From Balanoglossus misakiensis (taxonomy: Eukaryota; Animalia; Hemichordata): a DNA stretch of 64,000 nt. Shown here piece after piece: positions 25,701 to 37,200 of this stretch. The translations under genes were made by a program, and so were the position numbers. Position 1 is the stretch's first letter; each line of letters begins with the position of its first letter. The DNA lies in NCBI GenBank assembly GCA_040954595.2, contig CM082598.2, forward strand, positions 2,232,001 to 2,296,000, written 5' to 3'. The notes below the pieces were generated by a model that searched no databases, was not told the origin of the DNA, and saw nothing but the letters and a program-made list of their open reading frames with translations.

Positions 25701-28700
25701 CCAGTAAACTGAACTGACTTGATGACATTTCTTATCAACAAACTCAAGACACACTAGATCCACTTCTGAAAGGTTAGCCAAGTTTATCTACACTAGTCTG
25801 CAAATTACAAATTAAGAGGGTTTTACCCTTTTTTTATCTTATCTTCAGTAAACTAACAAGGATATTCTGCCCTTATTGATTGCATCATCTAGAAAGAACA
25901 CTTGATGTATTACAGCAGTTCTAATACAGCTGATTCGTATGCGCACCCCACCGGGAATCAGTTCCAAAAAATGATGCCCGCTCACTTCATGTTCTTATGC
26001 ATGGCTACGGATGAGGTGTGTTACAAAACACATGTTGACTGGCTTTTTTGGGCAATAGCATACGTCTTTCACCTCTCAGGACTGTGAGTCACACCCCCCC
26101 CCCCCCAAAAAAAAGACTGTTTCGCTCGGCCTTCGGCCTCGGGAAACAGTCTGTTTTTGGGGGTGACTCACAATCCCTCGGGGTGGTAACAGATGTATGC
26201 TGTTGCCCTCATGGCCAGTCAATATGTGTATATACTATACTGTGTGCAACCATTGGTTCATTACTGAACAGATGACTAGCTCATGAATAAATAGTGAGGT
26301 ACTCACCCTGACTTTGTTGACAGGACCACGGTACTTGAGCCAGAGCCTCTGGATAGATCCATGCTTCTTGTAACCATCCCTAGAAACCACAGAAAGAGAA
26401 TGCAGAGTTTTAAATCAACTGTCACTAAAATCTGAATGCATAATGCATAAGACTTAATAGGGAAAACCACTTTCATTTACACATTGTTTATTCAGTTTAA
26501 AAACCCGGACAATTAGGATTATACTCTTTCATGGCTTAATGGAAACTAAGTGAGATTAAGTGTGAAATCACAAAGTGGGGTTTGTTGATGTTTCCACACC
26601 ATTTCATGGGCACTAATTAACCTGAACAAGCAGAGACACCTTTGGCAATGCAACAAGTGATGCTAAATAAAAGGGATAAATATTTTGCTAGTGAAAACAA
26701 ACAGGTACAGTTAATCCTCTGTAATACACATTGACATTTGTCTTTTTCAAAATGAATTTAAACGCTGTCACTTTGATTCAGCATCATGCTTTTATAGCCT
26801 TTTATAGTCAAACCTGTGTTAGTGGCCACCTCTATATAATGAAAACCTGTCTATAACGACCACTTTGTGTACAGTGACTGTGCCAATTACATGTACAGTC
26901 AAACCACTGGCCACTATAGAAAGGTTTGACTGTACATTAATTGACCTATCTATAAAGACCACCTGTCTATAAAGGCCAGTTTAGGAAAGTCCCTTGACTG
27001 GCTGTTATAGACAGGTTCTTAGTGTATAAACTAAAATTCCTTTTTAATCAAATTCTTACACACACTTACCGTAAATCGATCCTTTCCTTGCGGAGTCTGA
27101 CCAAGATATATCCTTGTATCTTCGGGAAAGTTCAGCTCAATTTTCCTTGGCAGTTTCTCTTCCAGATTGATATCACAATCAGAATAAAGTTTCACTCGAT
27201 CACCTTCAACAACCAGCAAAGTTCTTGTCCATTTTCGGTGATTGATTGTCGGAACTTCAAACACTGTTTCACGAATTTCAAACGATTCCTGTGACCGATA
27301 CTGCAGAATCAGCTTTTTCTGAGGTATGTCCGACACCAATGAGAATAATAATTCCGAGTTATTTCCGGACAAAATATGTAATAGTGACCCGACAGAACTT
27401 TTGGATTGCTTCGCGTGGTAGTATAACGACAAAGCTCCATCTGTGACATCATCCCCGAACTCTCCGACCTCTGACCCGGGCAGGGTTATGACATTTGCAT
27501 ATGACCTGAAGCGCCACACATCAGAATGTTCATCTTTGCCCTGAGTTTTTGTGATTCCCTTGATTGTCTGATCCGATTTCAAAGACTGCAGCAAGTCCAG
27601 TCCTGCAATCAAATAAAATTAGAGAAAGTTTATTCAACTGGCCAAGTCGCACATAAATTCCCCTTCCCAAACTTTATGAAACAATTGAAATGTTACTTTT
27701 GACCAATCACAAACTGATGTTTAGGATGCCACTTTTGATTGGTTGAAAGTGGTCACCTGACCCATCAAATAACTTGACACAATTACAATTTACACAATCA
27801 AAGTATCCAATGGAGTTTTGTCATTTGGAATGTTCGGGTGGTCATCAACTGATCATCAAATAATCTCTCAGAGATTAGTGAAATACTTTATAGCACCACT
27901 AGCACAAGTAACTTTTAATAGTCAAGCTGAATTGTCACTTTTACAAGTTGTTTTTAAAAAGACCTTCAACTTGGCTGAAGTCAGAGTTCTGATGTCCAAC
28001 GTCATCCAAAATTCCAAGATTAAGGAGAATCTTAAGTGGTCCACGTACATGTACTTGAACTTGGTCAAAAATGTCTTTAGTAGGTACACATAAGCAGTAT
28101 TACAAACAATTAGTGAAAAATACATTTCATAAAGATTGACATTATACATTAGTACCGGGAGCAAAATCACTTTCCCACTACTTTCAGGATGAATTTAATG
28201 TTACTATGATTTTCAAGGACTTTCTATGAGTACTAAAAGTAATTTTAAATGTCAAAACTTTCTACTTTACAAAGCGTTAACTGCTTAGTCTCATCATGGG
28301 TGGCACCACCCATGTACATTTCAAAATCTGTTTCAAAGTTTTCAAGTTTCAAATTGCAGTCACCTGAAATTTACATATGCCCATATATAATGTTCTATAG
28401 ACGCTCTTTTTTTTCAAGTGGGCACCCACTGAAAATCTATGATTGGCCAGATCTATAGTTTCCATGGTAACTATAGGTAAATCTCCATTCGAATAAATGC
28501 GTAGAAAATGTACACTTGCAACATACACAGTACTGCTGTCTATGTTGGCAATTAAACGTGCCAAGTCTGTCAAATGGACTGTGACCCTGGCAAACGGCGA
28601 TCCTTCAAAATCTGATTGAATGAAAGTATTTTGTTTACGCTTCATTATAGTGGCACAGCGACACAAAAGCACCGGGGGAAATCTCTGTTCTGACGGACAA

Positions 28701-29016
28701 AAGCCAGCGCTGCCACAATCGATCTCTTTCAGAGGGAGTTCCACGGACAATCGTGGTGATTACACCAGGGCAAAGGGGGTCATGTAAACGGTGGACGAAG
28801 GGTGAAAATGTCAAACCGGGAGCATTGCATGCAGTTGTCTCCGCTCATCATCGAGTGAGATGACGATGACAATATTTATATTATAGTACACACAGCCCAG
28901 GTCAGATCTGAACCCCAGCACTTACCTCGACTGTCACCAGTCGCAAAACTGCCTAGATTCAAACCCAGCAGCAAAAACAGCAATTCGATCGCCGCAGAAA
29001 ACCTGGACATCATCAT
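1..29016 (-). CDS. Kielin/chordin-like secreted protein with an inserted duplicated EGF-Kunitz-tyrosinase-like cassette; multi-exon, 3' end beyond the window start
   Basis: First coding exon 28926-29016 reads MMMSRFSAAIELLFLLLGLNLGSFATGDSR (signal peptide) followed by a GTAAG donor. It splices in phase to TSPN exons 27070-27602 and 26307-26379, coiled-coil/VWC exons at ~20177-20582, the cassette exons, and ~30 small Cys-rich VWC exons down to ~242. TSPN plus many VWC repeats is the described Kielin layout. Confidence 0.85.
242..11687 (-). CDS. Array of at least 21 VWC (chordin-type cysteine-rich) repeats of the Kielin-like gene, in ~30 short exons
   Basis: Repeated C-x-Y-x-G-x2-Y-x2-G...DPCxxCxC...C...CCPxC motifs in minus-strand exons bounded by GT/AG, e.g. 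~4636-4812, ~7839-8014, ~8146-8322, ~8722-8895, ~9864-10041. Repeat count made by eye. Confidence 0.9.
397..500 (+). repeat. (GTCA)n/(ATCA)n microsatellite
   Basis: Seen directly. Confidence 0.95.
1225..1300. mobile_element. ~75-90 bp piggyBac-like MITE (TTAACCC...GGTTAA), dispersed family
   Basis: TTAACCCTTTCACCACCAT...GGTTGGACCT...GGGTGAAAGGGTTAA. Related copies at ~790-855, ~7368-7458, ~11230-11281, ~33760-33803, ~53611-53690 and ~57390-57477. TTAA plus CCC termini is the piggyBac signature. Confidence 0.6.
2540..2720 (+). repeat. (CTAT)n/(CTGT)n microsatellite
   Basis: Seen directly. Confidence 0.95.
5604..5901. mobile_element. Non-autonomous TIR element (Kolobok-like MITE), copy 1
   Basis: ~60-bp imperfect terminal inverted repeats GGGACAAAGT(CT)nCGCTGCC...CCATTAATTAT, flanked by TTAA. 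A second copy lies at 19232-19587. Confidence 0.75.
6288..6495 (+). repeat. (CACT)n and (CCAA/TCAA)n simple repeats
   Basis: Seen directly. Confidence 0.9.
8413..8648. mobile_element. TTAA-flanked TIR element (Kolobok-like, different family)
   Basis: TTAA-AGGGCAGCGGACGTC ... GACGCCGCCTCCCT-TTAA imperfect inverted termini. Confidence 0.5.
9577..9713. mobile_element. 137-bp MITE with 9-bp target site duplication (Mutator-like)
   Basis: Perfect terminal inverted repeat CAATCTGATTAAAATCAGATGTAGGG, flanked by the direct repeat CATCTGGTG at 9568-9576 and 9714-9722. Confidence 0.8.
10126..10355. mobile_element. Inverted-repeat element (unclassified MITE)
   Basis: ATCTTGCTATCTTGATCACAGC at the left and GCTGTGAGCAAGATAGCAAGAT at the right. 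Confidence 0.5.
10682..10830 (+). repeat. (CAT)n/(CAC)n trinucleotide microsatellite, intronic
   Basis: Seen directly, just past the exon donor at ~10838. Confidence 0.95.
12349..14427 (-). CDS. 2079-bp exon: GYD repeats, VWC-like domain, tyrosinase-like domain 2, GYD repeats, Cys/Trp-rich domain
   Basis: The 708-aa ORF contains KRREIRDLT, FLPWHR, IPYFDW, FHLWVGGHM and YDPIFLSH (type-3 copper/tyrosinase fold motifs). AG acceptor at 14428-14429 and GTGAGT donor at 12343-12348. Confidence 0.9.
14630..14899 (-). CDS. Kunitz/BPTI domain 2 exon
   Basis: CTLPRDSG...C...WYFN....CEQFLYSGCHGNANRFASYGECQRSC matches the Kunitz consensus. Confidence 0.9.
15393..15500 (-). CDS. EGF-like exon of cassette 2
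   Basis: Translates DPCSNNPCQNGGTCRAESNWPNEPQLYTCDCVPPYTG and continues as KNCE in the next exon; requires a GC donor. Confidence 0.85.
15826..16879 (-). CDS. GYD-repeat and Cys-rich exons of cassette 1 (~16735-16879 and ~15826-16496)
   Basis: GYDxxGYDxx repeats followed by CSYSFNG...PLPVSW...FCLE...CPENPC, homologous to the matching part of cassette 2. Confidence 0.8.
17059..17889 (-). CDS. Tyrosinase-like domain 1 exon
   Basis: RKEIRDMT, YLPWHR, LPYFDF, FHEFVGGDM and YDPLFFALHSYID motifs; canonical splice sites. Confidence 0.9.
17968..18134. mobile_element. ~165-bp hAT-like MITE (CAGTGTGCCCTC...GAGGGCACACTG)
   Basis: Terminal inverted repeats are present. Family copies at ~15038-15210, 33002-33160, ~48020-48128 (partial) and ~51411-51460 (partial). 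Confidence 0.75.
18955..19941 (-). CDS. EGF and Kunitz domain 1 exons of cassette 1 (~19671-19941 and ~18955-19106)
   Basis: DPCVSNPCPSNARC...CICPDGQEGPNCE followed by CTQPAEFGTC...CEQFLFSG|CGGNDNNFESKRRCEEKC. Confidence 0.85.
19232..19587. mobile_element. Kolobok-like MITE, copy 2
   Basis: TTAA-AGGGACAAAGT ... ACTTTGTCCCT-TTAA; internal sequence homologous to 5604-5901. Confidence 0.78.
20093..20157 (+). repeat. (GAAT)n microsatellite
   Basis: Seen directly. Confidence 0.95.
26084..26172. repeat. Hairpin within an unclassified interspersed repeat
   Basis: TGTGAGTCAC-Cn-An-GACTGTTTC...GAAACAGTC-Tn-Gn-GTGACTCACA inverted repeat around a GCCTTCGGC core. Confidence 0.6.
26307..27602 (-). CDS. 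TSPN/Laminin-G-like N-terminal domain exons (27070-27602, 26307-26379)
   Basis: LDLLQSL start, KWTRTLLVVEGDRVKLYSDC, IYLGQ and FTGWLQ are typical of thrombospondin N-terminal (TSPN) domains as in NELL and Kielin. Confidence 0.8.
28458..28471. promoter_or_regulatory. RFX X-box-like motif GTTTCCATGGTAAC
   Basis: Matches the RFX X-box consensus and sits inside a 24-bp near-palindrome (28453-28476) in intron 1 of the Kielin-like gene. Confidence 0.4.
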
Positions 29017-29729
29017 ATTCCATTCATTAATATACTAAGTCTGGCAAGTGCATAGGGGAAGCATAGACAACCGTTGCTGCTGGCCTGATCGTAAATCAAC
29101 CAAGGTCGGAGACCAAACTCCAGGCGAGGAATTCAGCGCTGAAGGAGTTCGCCCAAGGTCGGTCAAAACTTTCCCCCAGTGATCGACGCGATGCTGAGAT
29201 TAACCAGAGTGTCCGATCGCAGTGTGGAAAGGTAAATTTAGCCAATGGTGGTGCAGGATCGACTCTTAATCCTGCAGGGAAATGGCCATTCCTGAAAGAA
29301 ACGGTAGATCCTTGGGCAAACTTTGGTAATCCCTTGTCAAATATCCTGGCTCCACTAGCTGTGGGAACTGGAAGACTGCGAAACAGTTTGTGACAGTCGA
29401 CACCCCAGGACTCCTTCACGATCGTCGCCAGGAACACACAGAAGACAGTACGATCTTGGCTGGAGTACTACCGTTCAGTTTGTTGATATTTGCTGGGTGA
29501 CCTCATGACCCGCAACCCTCTTCGAGAAATGGACCAGTCCATTCAAACAGGCAGGGGATCTACCTCAATTACTTCTGATACACACAAAAACTGCTTTCCT
29601 GACAAGGATACGACTAAACTCTGACACCGACTACCACTTGTTACCAAGCTCCGAATTATTGTCTTTTCCGCCGATGAAACTTTATTACGGAAATAACAAC
29701 AAGAAGCGCCATTTTGCCAGTGGTCAAGC

Positions 29730-29940
29730 ATCCCCTGTTATAATAAGCCCGGATATGAAGACGCACTGCCCTGATAAGGTCAATTCCCTGTGAAAAGTAA
29801 ACTTTTTGACACCTCTACGGTGACAATTGTTCCAATAATGCAGAGCGTAACTTGACCAATCACAAGTGCGGATTCACGTCCACCCGCGTCAGTCTCAGAT
29901 GTGTGGAGAGTAACTGACCAATCAGAACGAATTGGCCAAA
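29730..29940. promoter_or_regulatory. Putative divergent promoter region between the Kielin-like and MPPED-like genes
   Basis: CpG-richer segment with GACCAATCA boxes at ~29854 and ~29916, ATTGG at ~29931, and a TATA-like TTATATAA at ~29737. It lies between oppositely oriented start codons at 29016(-) and 30800(+). Confidence 0.45.
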
Positions 29941-30579
29941 GATGACGATCGATCTGCCACTGCCAGTCGGGGCATCCTATCTAAACTGATTCTCCACACT
30001 GCAATTTCTAATTTTAGCTGGGTTGCAGAAACTCCGATCAATGCTACTTACATTTCAAAACTTTGAGCATAAAACGGGACGATATGACAGTATTGGAAAA
30101 ATAAATAAACTTCTGTGGAGGGCCACACAAAAACAAAAGAAACCTCATTTTGGCCGAAGGTGGCGACATGATATAGGTGGGCGTGACTGTGTTTATTTCG
30201 TGAATGAACGCCATGAATCAGCGATCTTATTTGGCGATGACTAACTAATTCGGTCATCTGCTGTCTGATAACGAATCTGGGAGAAACACTGTTGTAATTA
30301 ACAGTTAGAACCACGTCCAAACGAACGGTAAGTTGACCGGCGCGTCTTAGATCAAGTGTTTGAACCCAAGTCCACGGCACGCCAAACTAAATCAACATCG
30401 AACCGATTTCCCTTTTTGTGAAATCGACAACTCGATCCTGTGGCCCGTAGAAAGGTTGAGGGGGTGGGGGTTAGCTTAGATGCGACACAGAACCCCCCGA
30501 TCGCTTAGCAACCTTACGATCTAATCGGTATGCACAATGAAAGCAAAAGCGAAATGGACGTAAGGGTTTGATTATGGTT

Positions 30580-30593
30580 GTATCCATGGTTAC
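30580..30593. promoter_or_regulatory. RFX X-box-like motif GTATCCATGGTTAC
   Basis: X-box consensus match ~210 bp upstream of the MPPED-like ATG. Confidence 0.4.
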
Positions 30594-30799
30594 GAGGTGC
30601 TTGGACAAGTGATTACTCCGAGTTCGACGCATTTTACCTGCCAAAGCTCTTCATTTGTATCAAGCTGATGTTGATCGATCTTCGATGAGATCAATTGCAG
30701 ACCATCCTCCAATCTGGTCATCATCTACTACAGATAATCAATTTCTGTAAGGGATAACTCACCATTCCCTTTCTCCTACAAACTGACTCCCAGATTCAA

Positions 30800-32651
30800 A
30801 TGATGGCAGATTCTCTCAACAAGATGACAGACACACAGCCTCACAAAGCTGATAGCAGCCCTACTACAGTGAGCGTACATCCAGAAACTCATCATCCAAC
30901 AAAACTATGGAGCAAGATGAAAGTGAAATCTACAGTGACAGAAGTTGCTCCAATCTCATTTGACACACCCAAACCAGATGGTTGGTATCTCACACAGTAT
31001 TTTCAAGTCTGAAGAAATATACCAAGCCCCAAAGCTGACAAATGACAATTAAGTACCGGCTGGCGGAAAAGAAAATCTTTCAAACATTGTAAAATTAACT
31101 GACAGGTTACAGAAATGTTGTTTACTATATCCATCTTTTGTCTATTTGTTGACACTGACAGGACATACAAGATTTGTTTGTATATCGGACACACACTCGT
31201 TAACTGATAAAATGCCTCCCCTACCCGATGGTGATGTACTGATACATGCTGGAGATTTTACCAATCAGGGTTTCCCTACAGAGGTGGAGAAATTTAATGA
31301 ATGGCTTGGTGAGTAGAGAAAAAGACGCGACAATATTAATCATGGCATATTCCTGATTGTGGGGTTGGGTTTGCGGAATTTTGCACAATAGGAATATTGA
31401 GCTAAATTATACCAATGAGGCCTATGGGGAATTAACTACTGATCTTGAGCCATAAGATAGATTTGACAATAAGATGCTTTGGTAACCATGAAACTGTGGG
31501 TTAGCCTAACATTGAAAATGTCTCTGTTTATTTTTCTGTACAGGAACCGTGCCTTTCAAACACAAGATTGTCATAGCTGGCAACCATGAGCTGTCATTCG
31601 ACCCTGTTACAATATCAACATGGCGTATATTTGACAAATTTGACAAAAGTGAACTGGAAGATATTCATCTGAAACTGACGAACTGTGTTTATTTGAAAGA
31701 TGATGAGACCAATGTGCTGGGATTCCGGATCTATGGCTCGCCCTGGTAAGTTTAGGATTATGATATGTTAAAACAACTATGTTCAACTTGGCAATATTAC
31801 AACAATTTCTCGGTAAAGCCTGCAGCTTCAGTAAAAACATACTGGATAGATGATCTATTCTTTTAAGACTGCCTTGCTACACACAACTTTTCCTCTACTG
31901 ATAAATGTTCTTGTTGTCTAGGCAACCAGAATTCTTTGACTGGGGCTTTAATCTTCCCAGAGGCCAGCCAATGTTGGATGTATGGAACCAGATTCCTGAA
32001 GGAATTGATGTCTTAATCACCCATGGACCACCAATCGGTGAGGTTTTGTTCTATTTGTTACTTATTCATGTAATTATTTAAAGAAAGAAAGACAAAGGAA
32101 GAAAGTAAAAGGAGAAACAGACTTACACTACTAACAGAATGTGCTCAATATGATATTTTTAAAGGTCATGGAGATCAGACTTCATCGGAGGAGAGAGCTG
32201 GTTGTGTGGAATTACTCAATACAATACAGAAACGAGTCAAACCAAAATATCATGTATTTGGGCATATACATGAAGGTAAGCCAAGATGTAAATGTCCTAG
32301 GTCAGTTGACGACACATCAGTGCCAAAATCACAAAGATTAGAATCTGAGTTTTGTTGGATTAGTACATCATGGTGAATTGGCTATTCTGTATAGGCAAGT
32401 TCAGTTACAGATGGCAGGTGACATTACATCAATCCAGTTATTGGATCTATTAATCATGGTGGTGAATGGGTTAAAATACAGCATTCATGTTTTTTTCCCT
32501 AATTCACATTTTGATTATCTCAATTTTATTTTTTTCAGGGTATGGTATCACAACTGACGGCTATACAACCTACATCAATGCATCTATATGCACGCTCGGA
32601 TACAAACCGATCAACAAACCCGTTATCTTTGATTTACCAAATCCAGTGTGA
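30800..32651 (+). CDS. MPPED2: Metallophosphoesterase MPPED1/MPPED2 (239FB)-like; exons 30800-30980, 31162-31308, 31544-31745, 31922-32037, 32165-32275, 32539-32651
   Basis: Spliced translation gives RFVCISDTH, DVLIHAGDFT, VIAGNHE, IYGSPWQP, VLITHGPP, HVFGHIHEGYG and TYINAS. All introns are GT-AG and phase-consistent. MPPED1 versus MPPED2 cannot be resolved, so the symbol marks the family only. Confidence 0.92.
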
Positions 32652-33001
32652 TGATAGTGACTGCTTGTACATTTTCCGTGCTCTTCTTGAAACAAACTTT
32701 ATTTCTGGAGATTAAAAGTTCTCCTAACAAATGTCAGGGATTTTATAAAAGTCATGCTATACTCATATCATTTACAACTTATGAAAACTGTAAAACTTAT
32801 GTACTGGATGATTGTATATTTTTGAATGTAACTGTTCTTTTGAAACATTGTATTTATGTGCATAAAGTTTTTTTTTGCATGCAGTCAAATATATACTGCA
32901 CAGAACCTTATTAACATTTTAGAATGTCCTCACTCATAACACCTTATAATGGGAATGGTTTGATACGGTCGGTATATGGCATCTTACACGTAATTCATGT
33001 G

Positions 33002-33160
33002 TAGTGTGCCCTCTCACAACCAAAACTTTGAGTCAAATTTAGGATTTATAAAAAATTCTCTGAGTCAGCCCTTATATACCTTTGCATGTATTGTGGATAA
33101 TTTTCTAGAGTCACAGTGAGTTTGTTGAGTCAGTGGTGCATGGGCTTAGAGGGCACACTG
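33002..33160. mobile_element. hAT-like MITE with intact 8-bp target site duplication
   Basis: TTCATGTG at 32994-33001 and 33161-33168 flanks (T)AGTGTGCCCTCT...AGAGGGCACACTG. Confidence 0.85.
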
Positions 33161-34276
33161 TTCATGTGTATTTTTTTTTCCCAAGGTGCACTGGATTTCA
33201 AACCTTATTTCCTGTAGAACAAGGACACAACCTGTCAGCCATATGTACTAAGCCACAGTGCACGTAGTCCTACCCTTTGTACATACATGGCAACATGCCA
33301 AGTACCCCAAAAGTGAAACATGACTAAAATTTAAACTTGAGCAAGTTCAGCAGTTGAGAAGTGCGAACGTTACTTATTTCCAAATTGGATAAAATGCCAT
33401 TCCTAGTTGCAATAATAACAGTTAATAGCTTTAAATGAGAGGTGAAATGCAGTATGTCAGGTGAAATGCAGTATGGTCGATTTCTCTATGTCGTAGTCAA
33501 AATGTACATGATGCAAGGACGTGCTGATAGGGGTGTTGAAGTCCAGTTCTGACAAATATGGTAGTACTTATTTATATTTCACCCATAGGCAGCCAATCAT
33601 ACATCAACAGTTACTTCATGAATATTTATATTTCTGTCATAGCCAATCGAAACATCGACAATTACTTCAATCATGATTATTGATATCGACAGATAATCAA
33701 TTTCAGCTGACTTGATCAGCCCACAAGAGAATTTATACAATTCTTAGGGATTCTAATAATAAAGTTGGACCGGCACACTGGTTTCCGGGGGTGAAAGGGT
33801 TAAAGCCATAGGTCCAGTGATATCACTCCAATTTTAACTCTTCACTTAAAATGTGTATAATTTACAACACTGCATTTACCATGATTAATTTTTTTATGGA
33901 TAGAGTGTATTTTGAGTATACTTTTAATTAAATTGATTACTTTATATATATCTTTTTGTTTCCGCACGTCATTTCTTGCCCCTCCAAACTCTTAGAATGA
34001 TTACATCCCCCCCCCAAAAAAATGGTCAAACCTAGCGAACTGTCATTAAAAATTTAGTACGTATAGATAGATAGATAGATAGATAGATAGTATTTAAACA
34101 AAACTACCTCGACTAGCAGCCCACATATCCACAGACAAGCATAGGTGGCAGACGTTTATCTCGTTGCGGACGTTCATCTTGTTGCGCAGTTAAAATTGCG
34201 TTTGTTTAGCTCGCTAACAAAGTCTAGTGGACTTGTTTGGAAATGTCTGAGAATTTGTCTGCTCACATAAAACAAC

Positions 34277-37200
34277 ATGTCAAACATAAATCCATTTCTT
34301 GGTCTGATCCAAGACATACATTCGAAAACGGATAGCACAGAAGACAGCCAGGTAAAGGCATTACTGCATGACAATCAAATTCCAAAGAGAGAACGTGAAT
34401 CTCTAAAAGACATATCAGCAGTGCTTCTGAAGCTGAAAGAGCGGGGCCTTATATCAGAAGATGATGTTGGTCTCCTAAAGGATCTGTTCGGGACGATTAG
34501 ACGTCACGATCTTGTGAAGTTGGTAGAAAAATATGAAGAAGACCGCCGTAAAACTTTACAAGGAGCTAGAAATGAGGAGGATCAGGAGACAGGTACAGGT
34601 AGGTACATGAATTATCAATATATGATATTCTACTCAACATTGATATTGGTCAGAAGAAAATATAAAGAAATATCACTACACCCACTATTGGCAGTCATTG
34701 AAAAATCAGTACAGCAAATTGTTAAAAATTTGAAAACTTTCAAGTAGAAAAAAATCATGAGACAGTCACGGGATTCATCATCATGTGATTCTGGTGCATT
34801 GTATGTAAATTAAGTGACTGTTGGTGTGACAAAGGTTATGTACACTCTGATGATGTGATATCAGCACAAATGCATATAGATAGCAAATTAGAGATACTAA
34901 AGGAAATGTAAAAATTTTCTACAAAACATTTATTTACTTAAAACAGTGTTTGAAATTCAGGTTAGGTATTGAGTTTTTCATTACAGCAGCAATATTTGGT
35001 AATGCTTTTTTTGGACAAGTTACGCAATGTGAAAATAACTGTTTATTTTGTACAAAAATACCAGTAGCTACAGACAATATTGTGAGTTTCCCATTGTTTC
35101 TCAATTATTAAAACTAACCAAAAACCACATCAGATCTTTAAAGGAAATGTTGCCTAAATGTTTCTATATACCCATGTCATCTATACCTTAGTATTTTAAC
35201 ATGAATTAGGCTCATAGAATATCAAACAGAGTGTAACATAACTATTAAATTCATTCAAAGGATTACCAAGAACTCTCAATAAAATGCACAACAATTAATG
35301 CAATTAACATACTCCCCCACTTGACTTTAATGACAAACAGCTAAAAATTGCAAATAGTTTTAAGGCATGTCTAACAAGAGTTATTTTCCCAGCATAACTG
35401 AATACTAGTACTACACTGATAATTGAGGAGAAACTTTTTTCTTTTGCTGCCAATTTTGGCAAGGGACCAAAATATTCATTAAAAACAATCCAGGGCTCTC
35501 TGAATTTGCATTAATAAATGCCCTTTCTGCCGTCACTCTAGGTGTTCGTACTGCTGCCAGCTTGTCAACAAATGAAGCGGTTATAAGTTTATCACCTTCT
35601 GGCATTTCAGGTAAGATTTTTCGAGATCCCTGATATTATACAAGGCGATTGTAATTAAGTAAATATGGACTGTTTCAATTTCATGATGGGGTTACACGCA
35701 TTTCTGTCAATATATGCTTGTGTCTGTGCACAAATAGTTCAAGCTTTGGCGACAAAAAAAGATTGCCAGTATCTTTGATTCAGATGATCCATGGCATCTA
35801 CATGTGTTCCGGTATGAAGACACTTAATACAACATGAACATACAGTTGCCTCTTTTGATATTGTGAAAATTTCATGTCGCGAAAATTACCCGTTTTACAG
35901 TATTTAAACAACGGCAATTGCACTGAAGTAATGTTCTAATTATTCTTGTCATATTCTTACCCTAGGCACCACTACTACTAAGAGTTTTGTTATAAACCTA
36001 AACATGACAGAGTCATCATCAGGTGCCATGTTATCAGTTCCTGACAGTGCAGGTAAATATATCCGGGAGGAACTAGCCATTAAACCATTATGAAAACTAT
36101 TGTACAGAAATTGTTTATGTTGTAATTCTGTAAGTTTAAATTAAAGATGCCCATGTGTTTCCCCTTTCAGAAACCCAAAGTGTGACAATTAGGGCTTGTT
36201 CTGCACAGCAACAGGTTGCCATTGAGAATCAAGATTTACTTAGTAAGTACATTACAAGATGTGTAGTACATGTACATGTACAAATGAATGAAACTTTACT
36301 TGTAAAATTGTAACTATTAAAATTTTGTGGTAAATTATGTTGCCAATGTTATTGTTCAATACAAATGAAAATTAGTAGCTGTGGGTGACTTTTGCATATT
36401 TTATATCAGGCCTTCTTCTTAAACTAATTTTAATAATGTGATAAATTCACAGATTGGCAAAAACTCCTAGCTGACAGATATAAAGAGTATGCAGAATTCC
36501 TTCCGCTGCCTTGGTGGGATGGTACAGAGACATTCACGATGGAAGATGTCTATGTTGATTTGGAACTACAAACAACTGGGAAACAAAGAACACCAATATC
36601 CAGAGAGCAGATGTTTGCTGATGAAAAATCTCCAATACTAATAGAAGGTGACCCTGGGTATGGCAAAACTACTTTCTGTAAAAAGATAGCGTATGATTGG
36701 GCAAAGGTTAAACCAGAATTTCTAAGTAATTTCAAGTTATTGTTTTTTTTGGAGTTAAAAGAGATACACTCCTATCACAAGGAAAAGAATAATAGATCCA
36801 TTAGGTTTGAAGATGTACTTTCTGATTTGGTCTTTAAACATCGGGTAAATACAGGTGATTTGGGGAACTTTATCAACGATAATCAGTCACAGATATGTTT
36901 AATCTTTGATGGTCTAGACGAACTTTCAGTGGATGATTTTCCTGATTATTTTAAAGATATATTGAAAGGCAATACATTGAAAGATTGCACTGTCATTGTC
37001 ACCTCACGAAAAATTCGTGAAAAAAATCCCAACCAGAGATACAATAAACAAATTGTTATAAAAGACTTTGACGAAAACAATGTTGAGAAAATTATAGAAA
37101 AACATTTTTCAGCAGCATGTGAATTTTTGGAGGATACTAGACAAATGTATGATTCATGCAAACATCAGTTACTTGAAGAAATGCGAACTGGTAGGACAAA

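Noticed and set aside
29096-29731. Minus-strand ORFs upstream of the Kielin-like start
   Set aside because: No recognisable protein features; more likely 5' UTR or promoter sequence.
35542-36242. RHIM or amyloid signalling motif in the NLR linker
   Set aside because: No (I/V)Q(I/V/L)G core is present in the spliced linker.
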